Positions 30,379-39,794 of a stretch of DNA of 64,000 bases are shown here, piece after piece (the first letter of the stretch is position 1; each line of letters opens with the position of its first letter). Below the pieces are notes generated by a model that was not told the DNA's origin, made no database searches, and saw only the letters and a program-made list of their open reading frames with translations. The DNA is taken from assembly GCA_934101795.1 (NCBI GenBank), contig CAKORY010000002.1:25200-89199 (forward strand), given 5' to 3'. The stretch is from an uncultured Bacilli bacterium. Its GTDB lineage: Bacteria; Bacillota_I; Bacilli_A; RF39; UBA660. The position numbers were made by a program, and so were the translations under genes.

Positions 30379-30948
30379 ATGAATAGAATTAAAAACGGAA
30401 TAAAATATAAAGTTAAGAAAATAAGTAAAAATAATAATTTTAAACTTAGAGAAACAGCGTTAGAAATGGGAACAGTTATATTTATAAATCGAGCTTTGAA
30501 ATGCCAAAATGCATATGATCAAGCTCTTTTTGCGAGTGCTGCTGCGGGAATGTGCGCTAGTACCTTGTTTTTTAGTACTTTTATAATTGAGTTAAAGAAA
30601 TATATTAAGAAATATGATTATTTAGAAAATTATTTACAAAGAATGTCATTTGATAAAGCTATAAAATATTGTGATCGTAAATTTAGTAAGACTAATATTA
30701 ATGAAAATAAAGTTTCTCAATTAGTTGGAATTGAAATTGTTTTTGGTTTATTGATGTTATTTGCTACAAGGTTTTTAAAAATAGATAATTGTGCTGAATT
30801 TATAAAAAGTATTATAATTATATTTAGTTCTTTGTTACTTGTTGATGGTGTTAATAATATTTTTAAATCACTTTTTTTAATGAAAGAAATGTATTATTAT
30901 CAAAATAAATCTAAAGATTTGGAAAATGTTAGAAATTTGAAAAAATAA
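30379..30948 (+). CDS. Hypothetical membrane protein
   Basis: 189 aa with 3-4 predicted TM segments; no motif. Confidence 0.35.
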   Translation: MNRIKNGIKYKVKKISKNNNFKLRETALEMGTVIFINRALKCQNAYDQALFASAAAGMCASTLFFSTFIIELKKYIKKYDYLENYLQRMSFDKAIKYCDRKFSKTNINENKVSQLVGIEIVFGLLMLFATRFLKIDNCAEFIKSIIIIFSSLLLVDGVNNIFKSLFLMKEMYYYQNKSKDLENVRNLKK

Positions 30949-30956
30949 GGATAGAT

Positions 30957-30985
30957 TTGACATTTGGTGTGGAATAATGTACAAT
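30957..30985 (+). promoter_or_regulatory. Sigma-A-type promoter TTGACA-17-TACAAT
   Basis: ttgaca tttggtgtggaataatg tacaat. Confidence 0.5.
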
Positions 30986-31398
30986 ATTTCGTAACAAATT
31001 GGGGCTTGTTATGAAATATATAAATTTTCTTCGCGTGAGTATGTTGTTAAAAATATTAAACATTGTAAGTGGGGTATTTTAAGTAAAGTTTATTATAACT
31101 TTATGAAGTTAGCTACATTTTCATCTGTTAGTACAATGTTTTTATGGGACTTTATTCACAACTTGCAATGATGAAGAATGTAGATGAGTTGAGATATAAG
31201 AGATTATATAAATGAATTTGCTCTTAGATGTCAAACTAAAGAGAATTTAGCAATGAACTTGTATTAAGAGAAGTTGTTGATGATACTATTTTAGAAAAAA
31301 ATAAGTTACAAACAATGAAAGATATGAGAGAATTGCTTAATAAAATAGTGCAAATTTAAAGAAATTTGTAAAAATATAGAGAAAATGGCTAAAAACGT

Positions 31399-31427
31399 TT
31401 GACTTTTGGTCATTTTTTTCATATAAT
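31399..31427 (+). promoter_or_regulatory. Sigma-A-type promoter TTGACT-17-TATAAT upstream of rplM
   Basis: ttgact tttggtcatttttttca tataat; 80 nt upstream of rplM start. Confidence 0.6.
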
Positions 31428-31506
31428 TTTAATCGGTACATTTTATTTATGTGATTTGTTTAGTCGTGGGAAAATTAAACAGAAAACATGATGAAAGGAT
31501 TAGTAT

Positions 31507-31938
31507 ATGAAAACATTTATGCAAAAAAAAGAAAATATCGAAAGAAATTGGTATGTTATTGATGCTGAAGGTCAAACTTTAGGTCGTTTAGCTACTAAAG
31601 CTGCTCACGTTTTACGTGGAAAACACAAAGTTACTTACACTCCATATGTTGATTGTGGTGACTATGTAATCATTGTTAATGCTGAAAAGGTTGTTTTAAC
31701 TGGAAATAAGCTAGAAGATAAGAAATATTATAATCATAGTGGTTTCCCAGGAGGACTTAGAGAAAGAACTGCTAAAGAAATGATTAATAATTATCCAGAA
31801 GAAATGGTTGAAAGAGCTGTTAAAGGAATGCTTCCTCATAATAGATTAGGAAGAGCTATGGGTAAGAAATTATTTGTTTATAGCGGACCTGATCATAAAC
31901 ATGAAGCTCAAAAGCCAAAAGCTTTGGAAGTTAAATAG
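31507..31938 (+). CDS. rplM: 50S ribosomal protein L13
   Basis: 143 aa, N-terminal ...[18 protein letters not shown] is the L13 signature. Confidence 0.95.
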   Translation: MKTFMQKKENIERNWYVIDAEGQTLGRLATKAAHVLRGKHKVTYTPYVDCGDYVIIVNAEKVVLTGNKLEDKKYYNHSGFPGGLRERTAKEMINNYPEEMVERAVKGMLPHNRLGRAMGKKLFVYSGPDHKHEAQKPKALEVK

Positions 31939-31946
31939 GAGGAATT

Positions 31947-32366
31947 ATGGCTAAGAAACAAGAATGGACAGCAACTGGTAGAAGAAAAAGAAGTGTAGCA
32001 AGAGTTAGACTTGTTGGTGGTACTGGTAATATTACTGTTAATGGTGTTGATGTTAATGAATATATGCCATTTGCAACACTAGTTATGGATTTAAAACAAC
32101 CATTAGTTGCAACAGGTAATGAAAACAGATTTGACATTGATGTTAATGTAACTGGTGGTGGATTTTCAGGACAAACTGGAGCAATTCGTTTAGGTATTAC
32201 TAGAGCATTACTTGCATTTGATGCTAATACAGATCAAACTAGAGAAGATAGTTATAGACATATTCTTAAGAATGCTGGATTTGTTACAAGAGATCCAAGA
32301 GTTAAAGAACGTAAGAAATATGGTCTTAAGAAAGCAAGAAGAGCTCCACAATTTAGTAAACGTTAG
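31947..32366 (+). CDS. rpsI: 30S ribosomal protein S9
   Basis: [15 protein letters not shown]... and C-terminal [12 protein letters not shown]. Confidence 0.95.
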   Translation: MAKKQEWTATGRRKRSVARVRLVGGTGNITVNGVDVNEYMPFATLVMDLKQPLVATGNENRFDIDVNVTGGGFSGQTGAIRLGITRALLAFDANTDQTREDSYRHILKNAGFVTRDPRVKERKKYGLKKARRAPQFSKR

Positions 32367-32385
32367 TAGATATTTTGATTTTAAT

Positions 32386-32417
32386 CCTCATGAACCTTTG
32401 GTTTGTGAGGTTTTTTG
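32386..32417 (+). terminator. Rho-independent terminator after rpsI
   Basis: cctcatgaacc ttt ggtttgtgagg tttttt. Confidence 0.8.
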
Positions 32418-32478
32418 ATGACATTTACTTAGAAATTTGGTAAAATATTTATGAAATAGCTGAGATAGGTGGTTAGTC

Positions 32479-33345
32479 ATGAGAATTAGTAATGAATGGA
32501 AAGATTATGAATGTTTGGATGCTGGTAATGGTGAGAAATTAGAACGTTGGGGTAATATTGCGTTAAGAAGACCAGAACCTCTTGCTATGTGGCCAATTGA
32601 AATGGATAATGCTTGGAAAAAAGTTGATGGAGTTTATTATAGGTTTGTTGATGGAGGAGGACACTGGGAATTTAATAAAAAATTACCTGATTTTTGGACT
32701 ATAAATTATAAAAATTTAAAGTTTAAAGTTAGTCCAACTAATTTTAAGCATACTGGTTTATTTCCTGAACAAGCTTGTAATTGGGATTTTATGATGGATA
32801 AAATTAAAAATGCTAATAGACCTATAAAAGTTCTTAATTTATTTGGTTACACAGGTGGTGCAACTGTTGCATGTAGTAAAGCTGGTGCAGAACTTGTTGT
32901 TCATGTTGATGCGGCTCGTGGAATGGTTGAGTGGGCAAAAGAAAATGCTAAACTTTCAGGAATAGAAAATAATTATATTAGATTTTTAGTAGATGATTGT
33001 TTAAAGTTTGTTGAAAGAGAAATTAGACGTGGTAATAAGTATGATGCTATTGTTATGGACCCTCCGTCTTATGGAAGAGGACCAAGTGGTGAAGTATGGA
33101 AACTTGAAAAGAATTTGGAAGAACTTGTTAGTAGATGTACTTTTCTTTTAAGTGATAAACCTTTATTTTTCCTTATTAATGCTTATACTACCGGTGTTTC
33201 TAGTACTGTTTTACATAACATATTAAAATTAACAGTTGGTAAAACTTATGGCGGTGTTGTTGATGCTGGGGAAATTGGCCTTCCAATAAGTAAGAATGAT
33301 TTGGTTCTTCCATGCGGTATTTATGGTAGATGGCAAGATGAATAA
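32479..33345 (+). CDS. Class I SAM-dependent RNA methyltransferase (RlmI/COG1092-like, PUA-less)
   Basis: SAM-binding GYTGG motif and catalytic DPPSY motif. Confidence 0.6.
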   Translation: MRISNEWKDYECLDAGNGEKLERWGNIALRRPEPLAMWPIEMDNAWKKVDGVYYRFVDGGGHWEFNKKLPDFWTINYKNLKFKVSPTNFKHTGLFPEQACNWDFMMDKIKNANRPIKVLNLFGYTGGATVACSKAGAELVVHVDAARGMVEWAKENAKLSGIENNYIRFLVDDCLKFVEREIRRGNKYDAIVMDPPSYGRGPSGEVWKLEKNLEELVSRCTFLLSDKPLFFLINAYTTGVSSTVLHNILKLTVGKTYGGVVDAGEIGLPISKNDLVLPCGIYGRWQDE

Positions 33346-34003
33346 AATTATTTATGAAGATAATCATTTATTGGTGGTAGAAAAACCTCAGAACGTACTT
33401 GTGCAAGCTGATAATACTAATGATTTGGATTTACTTACTAGTTTAAAAAAATATATTAAAGAAAAATATAATAAACCTGGTGAAGTTTATTTGGGGCTAG
33501 TGCATAGACTTGATAGACCTGTTGGTGGTGTTATGGTTTTTGCAAGGACTAGTAAATCTGCATCAAGACTAAGTAACATGATAAGAATTGACGAATTTGA
33601 AAAAAATTATTTAGCTATTGCCCGTGGTATGCTTCCAGAAGAAGGTGTATTTGAAGATTATTTGTTAAAACTAGAAAATGAAAATAGAACTATTGTAGAT
33701 AAGAATGGAAAGTATTCTAAATTAAGTTATAAATTATTAGGTTTTAAAGATGGACTTAGTTTAGTTAAAATTAAACTTGAAACTGGAAGATCTCATCAGA
33801 TTAGGGTACAATTCTCATCTCGTGGATACGCATTGTGGGGGGATCAAAAATATAATTCTAAGGCGAAAGTAGGAGAACAAATTGCTTTGTGGGCTTATGA
33901 ACTTAGATTTAAACATCCTGTGCGTGATGAAATAATGGATTTTAAATGTAATCCACCACTTAAATATCCCTGGACTTTATTTGGAGATGTAATTCATGAC
34001 TAA
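33338..34003 (+). CDS. RluA-family pseudouridine synthase
   Basis: catalytic motif LVHRLDRPVGGVMVFART; start chosen at ATG MNKIIYEDNHLLVV. Confidence 0.8.
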   Translation: MNKIIYEDNHLLVVEKPQNVLVQADNTNDLDLLTSLKKYIKEKYNKPGEVYLGLVHRLDRPVGGVMVFARTSKSASRLSNMIRIDEFEKNYLAIARGMLPEEGVFEDYLLKLENENRTIVDKNGKYSKLSYKLLGFKDGLSLVKIKLETGRSHQIRVQFSSRGYALWGDQKYNSKAKVGEQIALWAYELRFKHPVRDEIMDFKCNPPLKYPWTLFGDVIHD

Positions 34004-34730
34004 TGAAGAAATATTTATGGAATATGTTCGTAGCTTTGATGTTTCTTGTAAATCAATAAATAGAAAAATAAATCATAGTCTTAGAGTAAGCGAAATTTGT
34101 AAAAAAATAGCTATATCATTAAATTTGAATGATGAACTTATTGAGGTAGCTGCCTTTATTGGTTTAGTTCATGATATTGGCAGATTTAAACAGTGGGAAA
34201 TATATCATACATATAATGATTTAAAAAGTGTTGATCATGCTATGGTTGGAATTAAGATTTTATTTGATAATAATTTTATTAAAAAATTTATTGTTGATAA
34301 TAAATATTATGATATTATATTAAATGCAATTAAGTGCCATAATGAATATATTCTTGATTGTGAGCTTGATGAAAACAGTTTAATTATGTCTAAAATACTA
34401 AGAGATGCTGATAAAATCGATATCCTTTATATGATTGTAAACGGCGATGTAGAAATTGAGAAACCTAGTTTTGATATTACTCAAGAAGTAATTTCTGAAT
34501 TTTTACAAAAAAAGTGTATTAAAAATAAATATTTAAATACAGACTCTGATAAAATCTTACTTAGATTTGCATTAGTATTTGATTTAAATTATTCCTTTAG
34601 TTTAAACTATATTTTAAATAATAATTATTTAAAACTGATTTATAAAAGATTGGAAAATAAAAAAGTAATAAAACCTTATTATGAATTTGCTCAAAAATAT
34701 TTAGAGGAGGGGTGCTATGGAAAAATATAA
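33996..34730 (+). CDS. HD-domain phosphohydrolase
   Basis: H...HD motif (LVHDIGRF) and downstream D (DADKIDIL). Confidence 0.6.
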   Translation: MTNEEIFMEYVRSFDVSCKSINRKINHSLRVSEICKKIAISLNLNDELIEVAAFIGLVHDIGRFKQWEIYHTYNDLKSVDHAMVGIKILFDNNFIKKFIVDNKYYDIILNAIKCHNEYILDCELDENSLIMSKILRDADKIDILYMIVNGDVEIEKPSFDITQEVISEFLQKKCIKNKYLNTDSDKILLRFALVFDLNYSFSLNYILNNNYLKLIYKRLENKKVIKPYYEFAQKYLEEGCYGKI

Positions 34731-35544
34731 AGAAATAGAAAGAAGTATTATAAAAAGATTTAGAAAAGAAATATGGGCTAAGTTTGTAAATGCTGTTAAG
34801 GATTATCGCCTTATTAATGAAGGTGATAAAGTTATGGTATGTATTTCCGGAGGTAAAGATTCTTTTTTGCTTGCTAAGTGTGTGGAAGAATTAAAAAGAC
34901 ATGGCGGAGTAAATTTTGATGTTTGTTATGTTTGTATGAATCCTGGATATAATGAAATAAATAAACAAATGATACTTAAAAATGCTAATTTGTTGAATAT
35001 TAATTTAGAAATGTTTGATAGTGATATATTTGAAGTTGCTAATACTTTAAATGAGAAAAGTCCTTGTTATATGTGTGCAAGAATGAGAAGAGGACATCTT
35101 TATAATAAAGCAAAAGAACTTGGATGTAATAAAATTGCTTTGGGTCATCATTTTGATGATGTTATTGAAACAACACTTTTATCTATGTTTTATGGTAGTG
35201 AAGTTAAAACTATGCTTCCTAAGTTACATAGTGAAAATTTTGAAGGTGTAGAGCTTATTAGACCACTTTATTTAGTAAAAGAAGCAAATGTTCTGGCTTG
35301 GTGTAAATATAATAATTTAACTTTTATTAATTGCGCATGTAAGTTTACTGATAAAGTAAGTAAAAGTGATGAACATATTAGTAAGAGAAAAGAAATGAAA
35401 GAACTTATTAAGAATCTTAGAGAAATGAATCCTGATATTGATTATAATATATTTAAATCTATGGATAATGTTAATTTGAATTGTGTCCTTGGCACTAGAA
35501 AAGATGGAGTTCATAAAAGTTTTATGGAAGATTATGATAAATAA
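34717..35544 (+). CDS. ttcA: PP-loop ATP pyrophosphatase, tRNA 2-thiocytidine TtcA family
   Basis: PP-loop SGGKDS (MVCISGGKDSF), Cys motifs CYMCARMRRG and CxxC later. Confidence 0.7.
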   Translation: MEKYKEIERSIIKRFRKEIWAKFVNAVKDYRLINEGDKVMVCISGGKDSFLLAKCVEELKRHGGVNFDVCYVCMNPGYNEINKQMILKNANLLNINLEMFDSDIFEVANTLNEKSPCYMCARMRRGHLYNKAKELGCNKIALGHHFDDVIETTLLSMFYGSEVKTMLPKLHSENFEGVELIRPLYLVKEANVLAWCKYNNLTFINCACKFTDKVSKSDEHISKRKEMKELIKNLREMNPDIDYNIFKSMDNVNLNCVLGTRKDGVHKSFMEDYDK

Positions 35545-35572
35545 TTCTTCTTTTTTTATAATATAATATATT

Positions 35573-36223
35573 ATGAAAAATTATTATGTTAAAATTATGT
35601 TCCTTTTTTTAGGTTTATTTATTCTGATGTATGGATATCCGGTTAGGGCTGATTTACCCCTTCAAGGCAAAGTTATTGTTGTTGATAGTGGTCATGGTGG
35701 TCTTGATCCTGGTGCTCTTTATAATGATATTTATGAAAAAGATATAACACTTGCAATTGGTAAATATTTGGAATACGACTTAAGTAAAATGGGCGCTACA
35801 GTTATTATGACAAGAAGTGATGATAATGATTTGAGTAATGGGGTTAAAAATCATCGTAAAAAGGCTGATTTTGATGAAAGAATTAAAATCATTAATCAGA
35901 AGTTTGTTGATATGTATGTATCTATTCATTTAAATTATTTAACTGATTCTAGGTATTATGGAGCTCAAGTTTTTTATAATAATGATAATAAAAGGTTAGC
36001 TGAAAGTGTACAAGAATATTTAAATAAAAATACAAATGGTGATAGAAAGGTAAAAAAAATACCTACTTCAACATATATGTATGATAAGTTAAAAACTAAA
36101 GGCATTTTAGTTGAATGTGGTTTTTTGTCAAACTCTATGGAAAGAAGTAAGCTGGTAATAAAAGAATATCAAATGGAATTTGCTCGGGTTTTATCCGAAG
36201 CTATAAGTCATTATTATAATTAA
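35573..36223 (+). CDS. cwlD: Germination-specific N-acetylmuramoyl-L-alanine amidase CwlD-like (Amidase_3)
   Basis: signal/TM N-terminus, Amidase_3 motifs VIVVDSGHGGLDPGA ... SIHLN ... ECGFLSN; 216 aa. Confidence 0.7.
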   Translation: MKNYYVKIMFLFLGLFILMYGYPVRADLPLQGKVIVVDSGHGGLDPGALYNDIYEKDITLAIGKYLEYDLSKMGATVIMTRSDDNDLSNGVKNHRKKADFDERIKIINQKFVDMYVSIHLNYLTDSRYYGAQVFYNNDNKRLAESVQEYLNKNTNGDRKVKKIPTSTYMYDKLKTKGILVECGFLSNSMERSKLVIKEYQMEFARVLSEAISHYYN

Positions 36224-36331
36224 GTTAATATTTCACTTTTTTTTCACAAGTTTTTTACATTATATCCATTAATTAGGTATATATTTATTTTGTCAGTTGT
36301 GATATAATGTTTAAAGTAAAGGCGGTATAGT

Positions 36332-37267
36332 GTGAAATCAAAAACATTTAAAACATTAGATGAACAAATTGACATACTAACTAAAAAAGGTTTAGTGGTT
36401 GAAGATTTTGAAACTGCTAAAACTGTTTTGCTTAGAGAAAATTACTTTTTCTTAAGTGGTTACCGTCATTTATTTATGAGACCCGATGATAACAAAACTT
36501 ATCTTGAAGGTACAACATTTAATGAATTGTATTCAATGTTTCTTTTTGATAGACAAATAAGAAATATAATTTTTAAAAATATTTTAATAGTAGAAAATAA
36601 TTTAAAAAGTATACTTGCTTATATTATGAGTAAAAATCATGGATTTAAAGAAAATAATTATTTAAATCCAAATAACTTTGTAAGAGATTCAAGAAGAAAT
36701 AGACAAATTAATGATTTAATCAGAAAAATGAAAAGACAAATAAGTGTTAATGGTAAACAACATAGTGCAACAGCTCATTACATCATTAATTATGGTTATA
36801 TTCCTTTGTGGGTTGTTGTTAAAGTTTTATCGTTTGGAATAGTTGGTGAACTTTATACAATACTACAGTATCAAGACCAAAAGGAAATTGCTGATGTTTT
36901 TGGGGTTAGTATTGATAGTATGGTTGATTATTTACCAATTGTTGCTAATTATCGTAATTTGTGTGCTCATGAAGATATTTGTTATATTAATAGAACTCAA
37001 AAAGCTATTGATGATACAAAATATCATAAACTATTGTATATTCCTAAGATAAATGAAGAATATATATATGGAAAGAATGATTTGTTTGCACTCATAATTA
37101 TTTTGAAACAATTATTAGATGAAGATAATTTTAACTTATTTATTAGTGAGATAAGTTATGAACTTGATAGGCTTTCAGGTAAATTAAAGGTAATTAAAGT
37201 AGAAAAAGTATTACATGAAATGGGATTTCCAAATAATTTTAAAGAAATAGTGAGGTTAGAAAAATGA
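36332..37267 (+). CDS. Abi_2 family abortive-infection protein (AbiD/AbiF-like, HEPN superfamily)
   Basis: N-terminus KTLDEQIDILTKKGLVVEDFETAKTVLLRENYFFLSGYRHLF matches Abi_2 signature (sIdEQIelLksRGL...A...L..inYYrLsgY); own extended -10 promoter (TGaTATAAT ~36298-36308); 4-nt overlap ATGA with htrA. Confidence 0.7.
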   Translation: MKSKTFKTLDEQIDILTKKGLVVEDFETAKTVLLRENYFFLSGYRHLFMRPDDNKTYLEGTTFNELYSMFLFDRQIRNIIFKNILIVENNLKSILAYIMSKNHGFKENNYLNPNNFVRDSRRNRQINDLIRKMKRQISVNGKQHSATAHYIINYGYIPLWVVVKVLSFGIVGELYTILQYQDQKEIADVFGVSIDSMVDYLPIVANYRNLCAHEDICYINRTQKAIDDTKYHKLLYIPKINEEYIYGKNDLFALIIILKQLLDEDNFNLFISEISYELDRLSGKLKVIKVEKVLHEMGFPNNFKEIVRLEK

Positions 37268-38376
37268 ATGAAGAACAAAACAAACAAAGAAAAAAAATAG
37301 TCTATTATTTAATTGCATTTTTTGTGGGATGCTTAGCTATGTATGCTGTTGTGTACTTTTTTCCAACAAGCATAACAGAAAGTATTACTAAACTAGAAAA
37401 AGATGTAACTGTTACTGATACTGGTATAGCTGATGCTGTTGAAAAGGTCTATGATGCGGTGGTGGTTGTATCTACTTATAAAGATCAAACTTTGATATCA
37501 TCGGGTACAGGATTTGTATATAAAAAGGAAGGTAATAAATATTATATTTTAACAAATCATCATGTTGTTGATGGTGGAAATAAAGTTACCGTTACATTTA
37601 CAAGTAAAGATGTTAAAGAAACTAAAATTGTTGGTTCAGATCAATATGCTGATATAGCTGTATTAAGTTTAGAAAGTTCAAAAGATTTAACTGTTGCTGA
37701 GCTTGGAAAGAGTGAAAATTTAAGAGTTGGTGATACAGCGTTTGCGGTAGGAGCACCACTTGATACTGCCTATTCTTGGACTGTTACAAGAGGCATAGTA
37801 TCAGGTAAAGAAAGAGAAGTGGCTGTTTCTCTTAATAATTCTAGAAGTAATGATTACGTTATGAAAGTATTACAAACTGATGCAGCAATTAATTCAGGTA
37901 ATAGTGGTGGACCTTTATGTAATAGTAATGGTGAAGTGATTGGTATTACATCACTTAAACTTGTAAGTAATGGTGTTGAAGGTATGGGATTTGCTATTCC
38001 AATTGAAAATGCTGTTACTAAAGCTGAACAAATAATAAGTGGTGATTCATATGAATATCCATATTTAGGTATTCAAATGCTAGATATTACAGATGCTTAT
38101 AGTTTATATCAATATTATGATTTAATTAAATCTTCTGGTCTTTCTAGTGGTGTTCTTGTTGCAAGTATAGAAAAAGGTAGTCCAGCTAGTAAAGCTAAAT
38201 TTGAAAAAAATGATATAATTACTAAAATAGATGGTAATGATATTAAGAATCTAGCTTATTTAAGATATTATTTATATCAACATAAAGTTGGAGATACTAT
38301 TAAAGTTACAGTTTATAGAGATGGAAAAACTAAAGAACTTAGTGTTACTTTAGGAACAAATAAGCAAACAACATAG
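37264..38376 (+). CDS. htrA: HtrA/DegP-family serine protease with PDZ domain
   Basis: N-terminal TM, trypsin-like catalytic triad motifs (HHVV, DIAVL, GNSGGPL), C-terminal PDZ. Confidence 0.9.
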   Translation: MNEEQNKQRKKIVYYLIAFFVGCLAMYAVVYFFPTSITESITKLEKDVTVTDTGIADAVEKVYDAVVVVSTYKDQTLISSGTGFVYKKEGNKYYILTNHHVVDGGNKVTVTFTSKDVKETKIVGSDQYADIAVLSLESSKDLTVAELGKSENLRVGDTAFAVGAPLDTAYSWTVTRGIVSGKEREVAVSLNNSRSNDYVMKVLQTDAAINSGNSGGPLCNSNGEVIGITSLKLVSNGVEGMGFAIPIENAVTKAEQIISGDSYEYPYLGIQMLDITDAYSLYQYYDLIKSSGLSSGVLVASIEKGSPASKAKFEKNDIITKIDGNDIKNLAYLRYYLYQHKVGDTIKVTVYRDGKTKELSVTLGTNKQTT

Positions 38377-38404
38377 TTTGCTTATTTAACTCTTTGGAGG
38401 GTAT

Positions 38405-39016
38405 ATGAGATTTAAAAGATTTGTTGCATATATAATTGATGTTTTACTTGTTGGATTTATTGCATCAGCTATTGCAAGTATTGATGTAATAAATCCTTAC
38501 TATGATAATTATTTAGATGCATATGAAAATTTTAATGAAACTATGGATAGCATAGATGAAAGTAATGTAATAGAAATTGTTACAAGTAATGATTTTATTT
38601 ATGAATATAGAAGTGTTTTAAAATATGGAGCATGTGTATCTATTATTTCTGTTTCTTGTTATTTGCTTTATTTTGTTGGTTTCCAAAAATGGAATAAAAA
38701 TCAAACCATTGGTAAGAAACTTATGAAAATTAAAGTTGTTAATAAAGATGATAGTGATAGTGTAAGTGTTTGGAGATATATTGCAAGAACAATATTTGCT
38801 TATAATTTATTTTTTAATAGTTTAGGCATATGCATAGCATTTTATTTAAGTGGAAAATCATTTTTAATTACATTTGGGGTTGTTAGTTTACTTGGATATT
38901 TAATCACTTATGCAGGTTATTTAATGATTTTATTTAAGAAAGATGGAAGAGGTATTCATGACATAGTTGGTGGTACTAAAGTTGTGGAGGTAGAAAATGT
39001 CACTTGTGAAAGTTAG
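38405..39016 (+). CDS. RDD-family membrane protein
   Basis: N-terminal RFxAYIIDVLLVGF pattern and multi-TM layout typical of RDD family. Confidence 0.55.
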   Translation: MRFKRFVAYIIDVLLVGFIASAIASIDVINPYYDNYLDAYENFNETMDSIDESNVIEIVTSNDFIYEYRSVLKYGACVSIISVSCYLLYFVGFQKWNKNQTIGKKLMKIKVVNKDDSDSVSVWRYIARTIFAYNLFFNSLGICIAFYLSGKSFLITFGVVSLLGYLITYAGYLMILFKKDGRGIHDIVGGTKVVEVENVTCES

Positions 39017-39458
39017 GGAATATTTAAAACAATATGGAAAAGATAAAGAAATAATAGAATTTAATGAATCGAGTGCAACGGTTAGTGAAGCTGCTCATGC
39101 TATTGGTTGTGATGAAGCTGATATTGCAAAAACTTTATCATATATAGTTGATGGTAAACCAATTTTAATTGTCATGGCTGGTGATAAGAGATGTGATAAC
39201 CATAAATATAAAGCATATTTTCACGAAAAAGCTCATATGATACCAAAAGAAAATTTAGTTGAATTAGTAGGTCATGAAGCTGGTGGTGTATGTCCATTCG
39301 GAGTAAATGGAAATGTGGATATATATCTTGATGTATCTTTGAAGGAACATGAATTTGTGTATCCTGCTTGTGGAAGTACTAATAGTGCTATTAAACTTTC
39401 TATTCAAGAATTGGAAAGGCTATCTAATTATAAAGAATGGATTGATGTTACAAATTAG
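38997..39458 (+). CDS. YbaK/ProX-type aminoacyl-tRNA deacylase
   Basis: 153 aa, YbaK-like core with GHEAGGVCPFG motif. Confidence 0.7.
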   Translation: MSLVKVREYLKQYGKDKEIIEFNESSATVSEAAHAIGCDEADIAKTLSYIVDGKPILIVMAGDKRCDNHKYKAYFHEKAHMIPKENLVELVGHEAGGVCPFGVNGNVDIYLDVSLKEHEFVYPACGSTNSAIKLSIQELERLSNYKEWIDVTN

Positions 39459-39473
39459 AATTAACTTTTATAG

Positions 39474-39686
39474 TTAGTTCTTTTTTTCATTTATAATTTC
39501 GATAAGTTCACCTAGAGCACAGTTTAAATATTTACAAAATTCTTCAATGTACTTAAATGATATAGATGTTATATATCCATTTATTATTCTATTTAAATTT
39601 CTTGATGTTATGTTCATTTTTTGACATAGCTAATATTCTGTTTTACTATTTTTCTTAAGTAATTCAGTTGTATTTAATTTTATCAT
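39474..39686 (-). pseudogene. XRE-family HTH regulator interrupted by in-frame TAG (amber) at codon 19
   Basis: AGGGAG RBS then MIKLNTTELLKKNSKTEY-TAG-LCQKMNITSRNLNRIINGYITSISFKYIEEFCKYLNCALGELIEIINEKKN; full-length reading is a typical Cro/C1-type HTH; divergent from Hint-domain gene. Confidence 0.5.
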
Positions 39687-39794
39687 AGTATATTCTCCCT
39701 ATAACTTAATTTATCTAATAAGAAAAGTATAAATATGATACTTGTATTACTCCTATTTTGGGGTTATAATTATAATCAAGATAGGAGTCTGTAT

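Noticed and set aside
36843-37052. 69-aa +-strand alternative-frame ORF inside the Abi_2 gene
   Set aside because: Hydrophobic frame-shifted overlap of a motif-supported gene; no start context.
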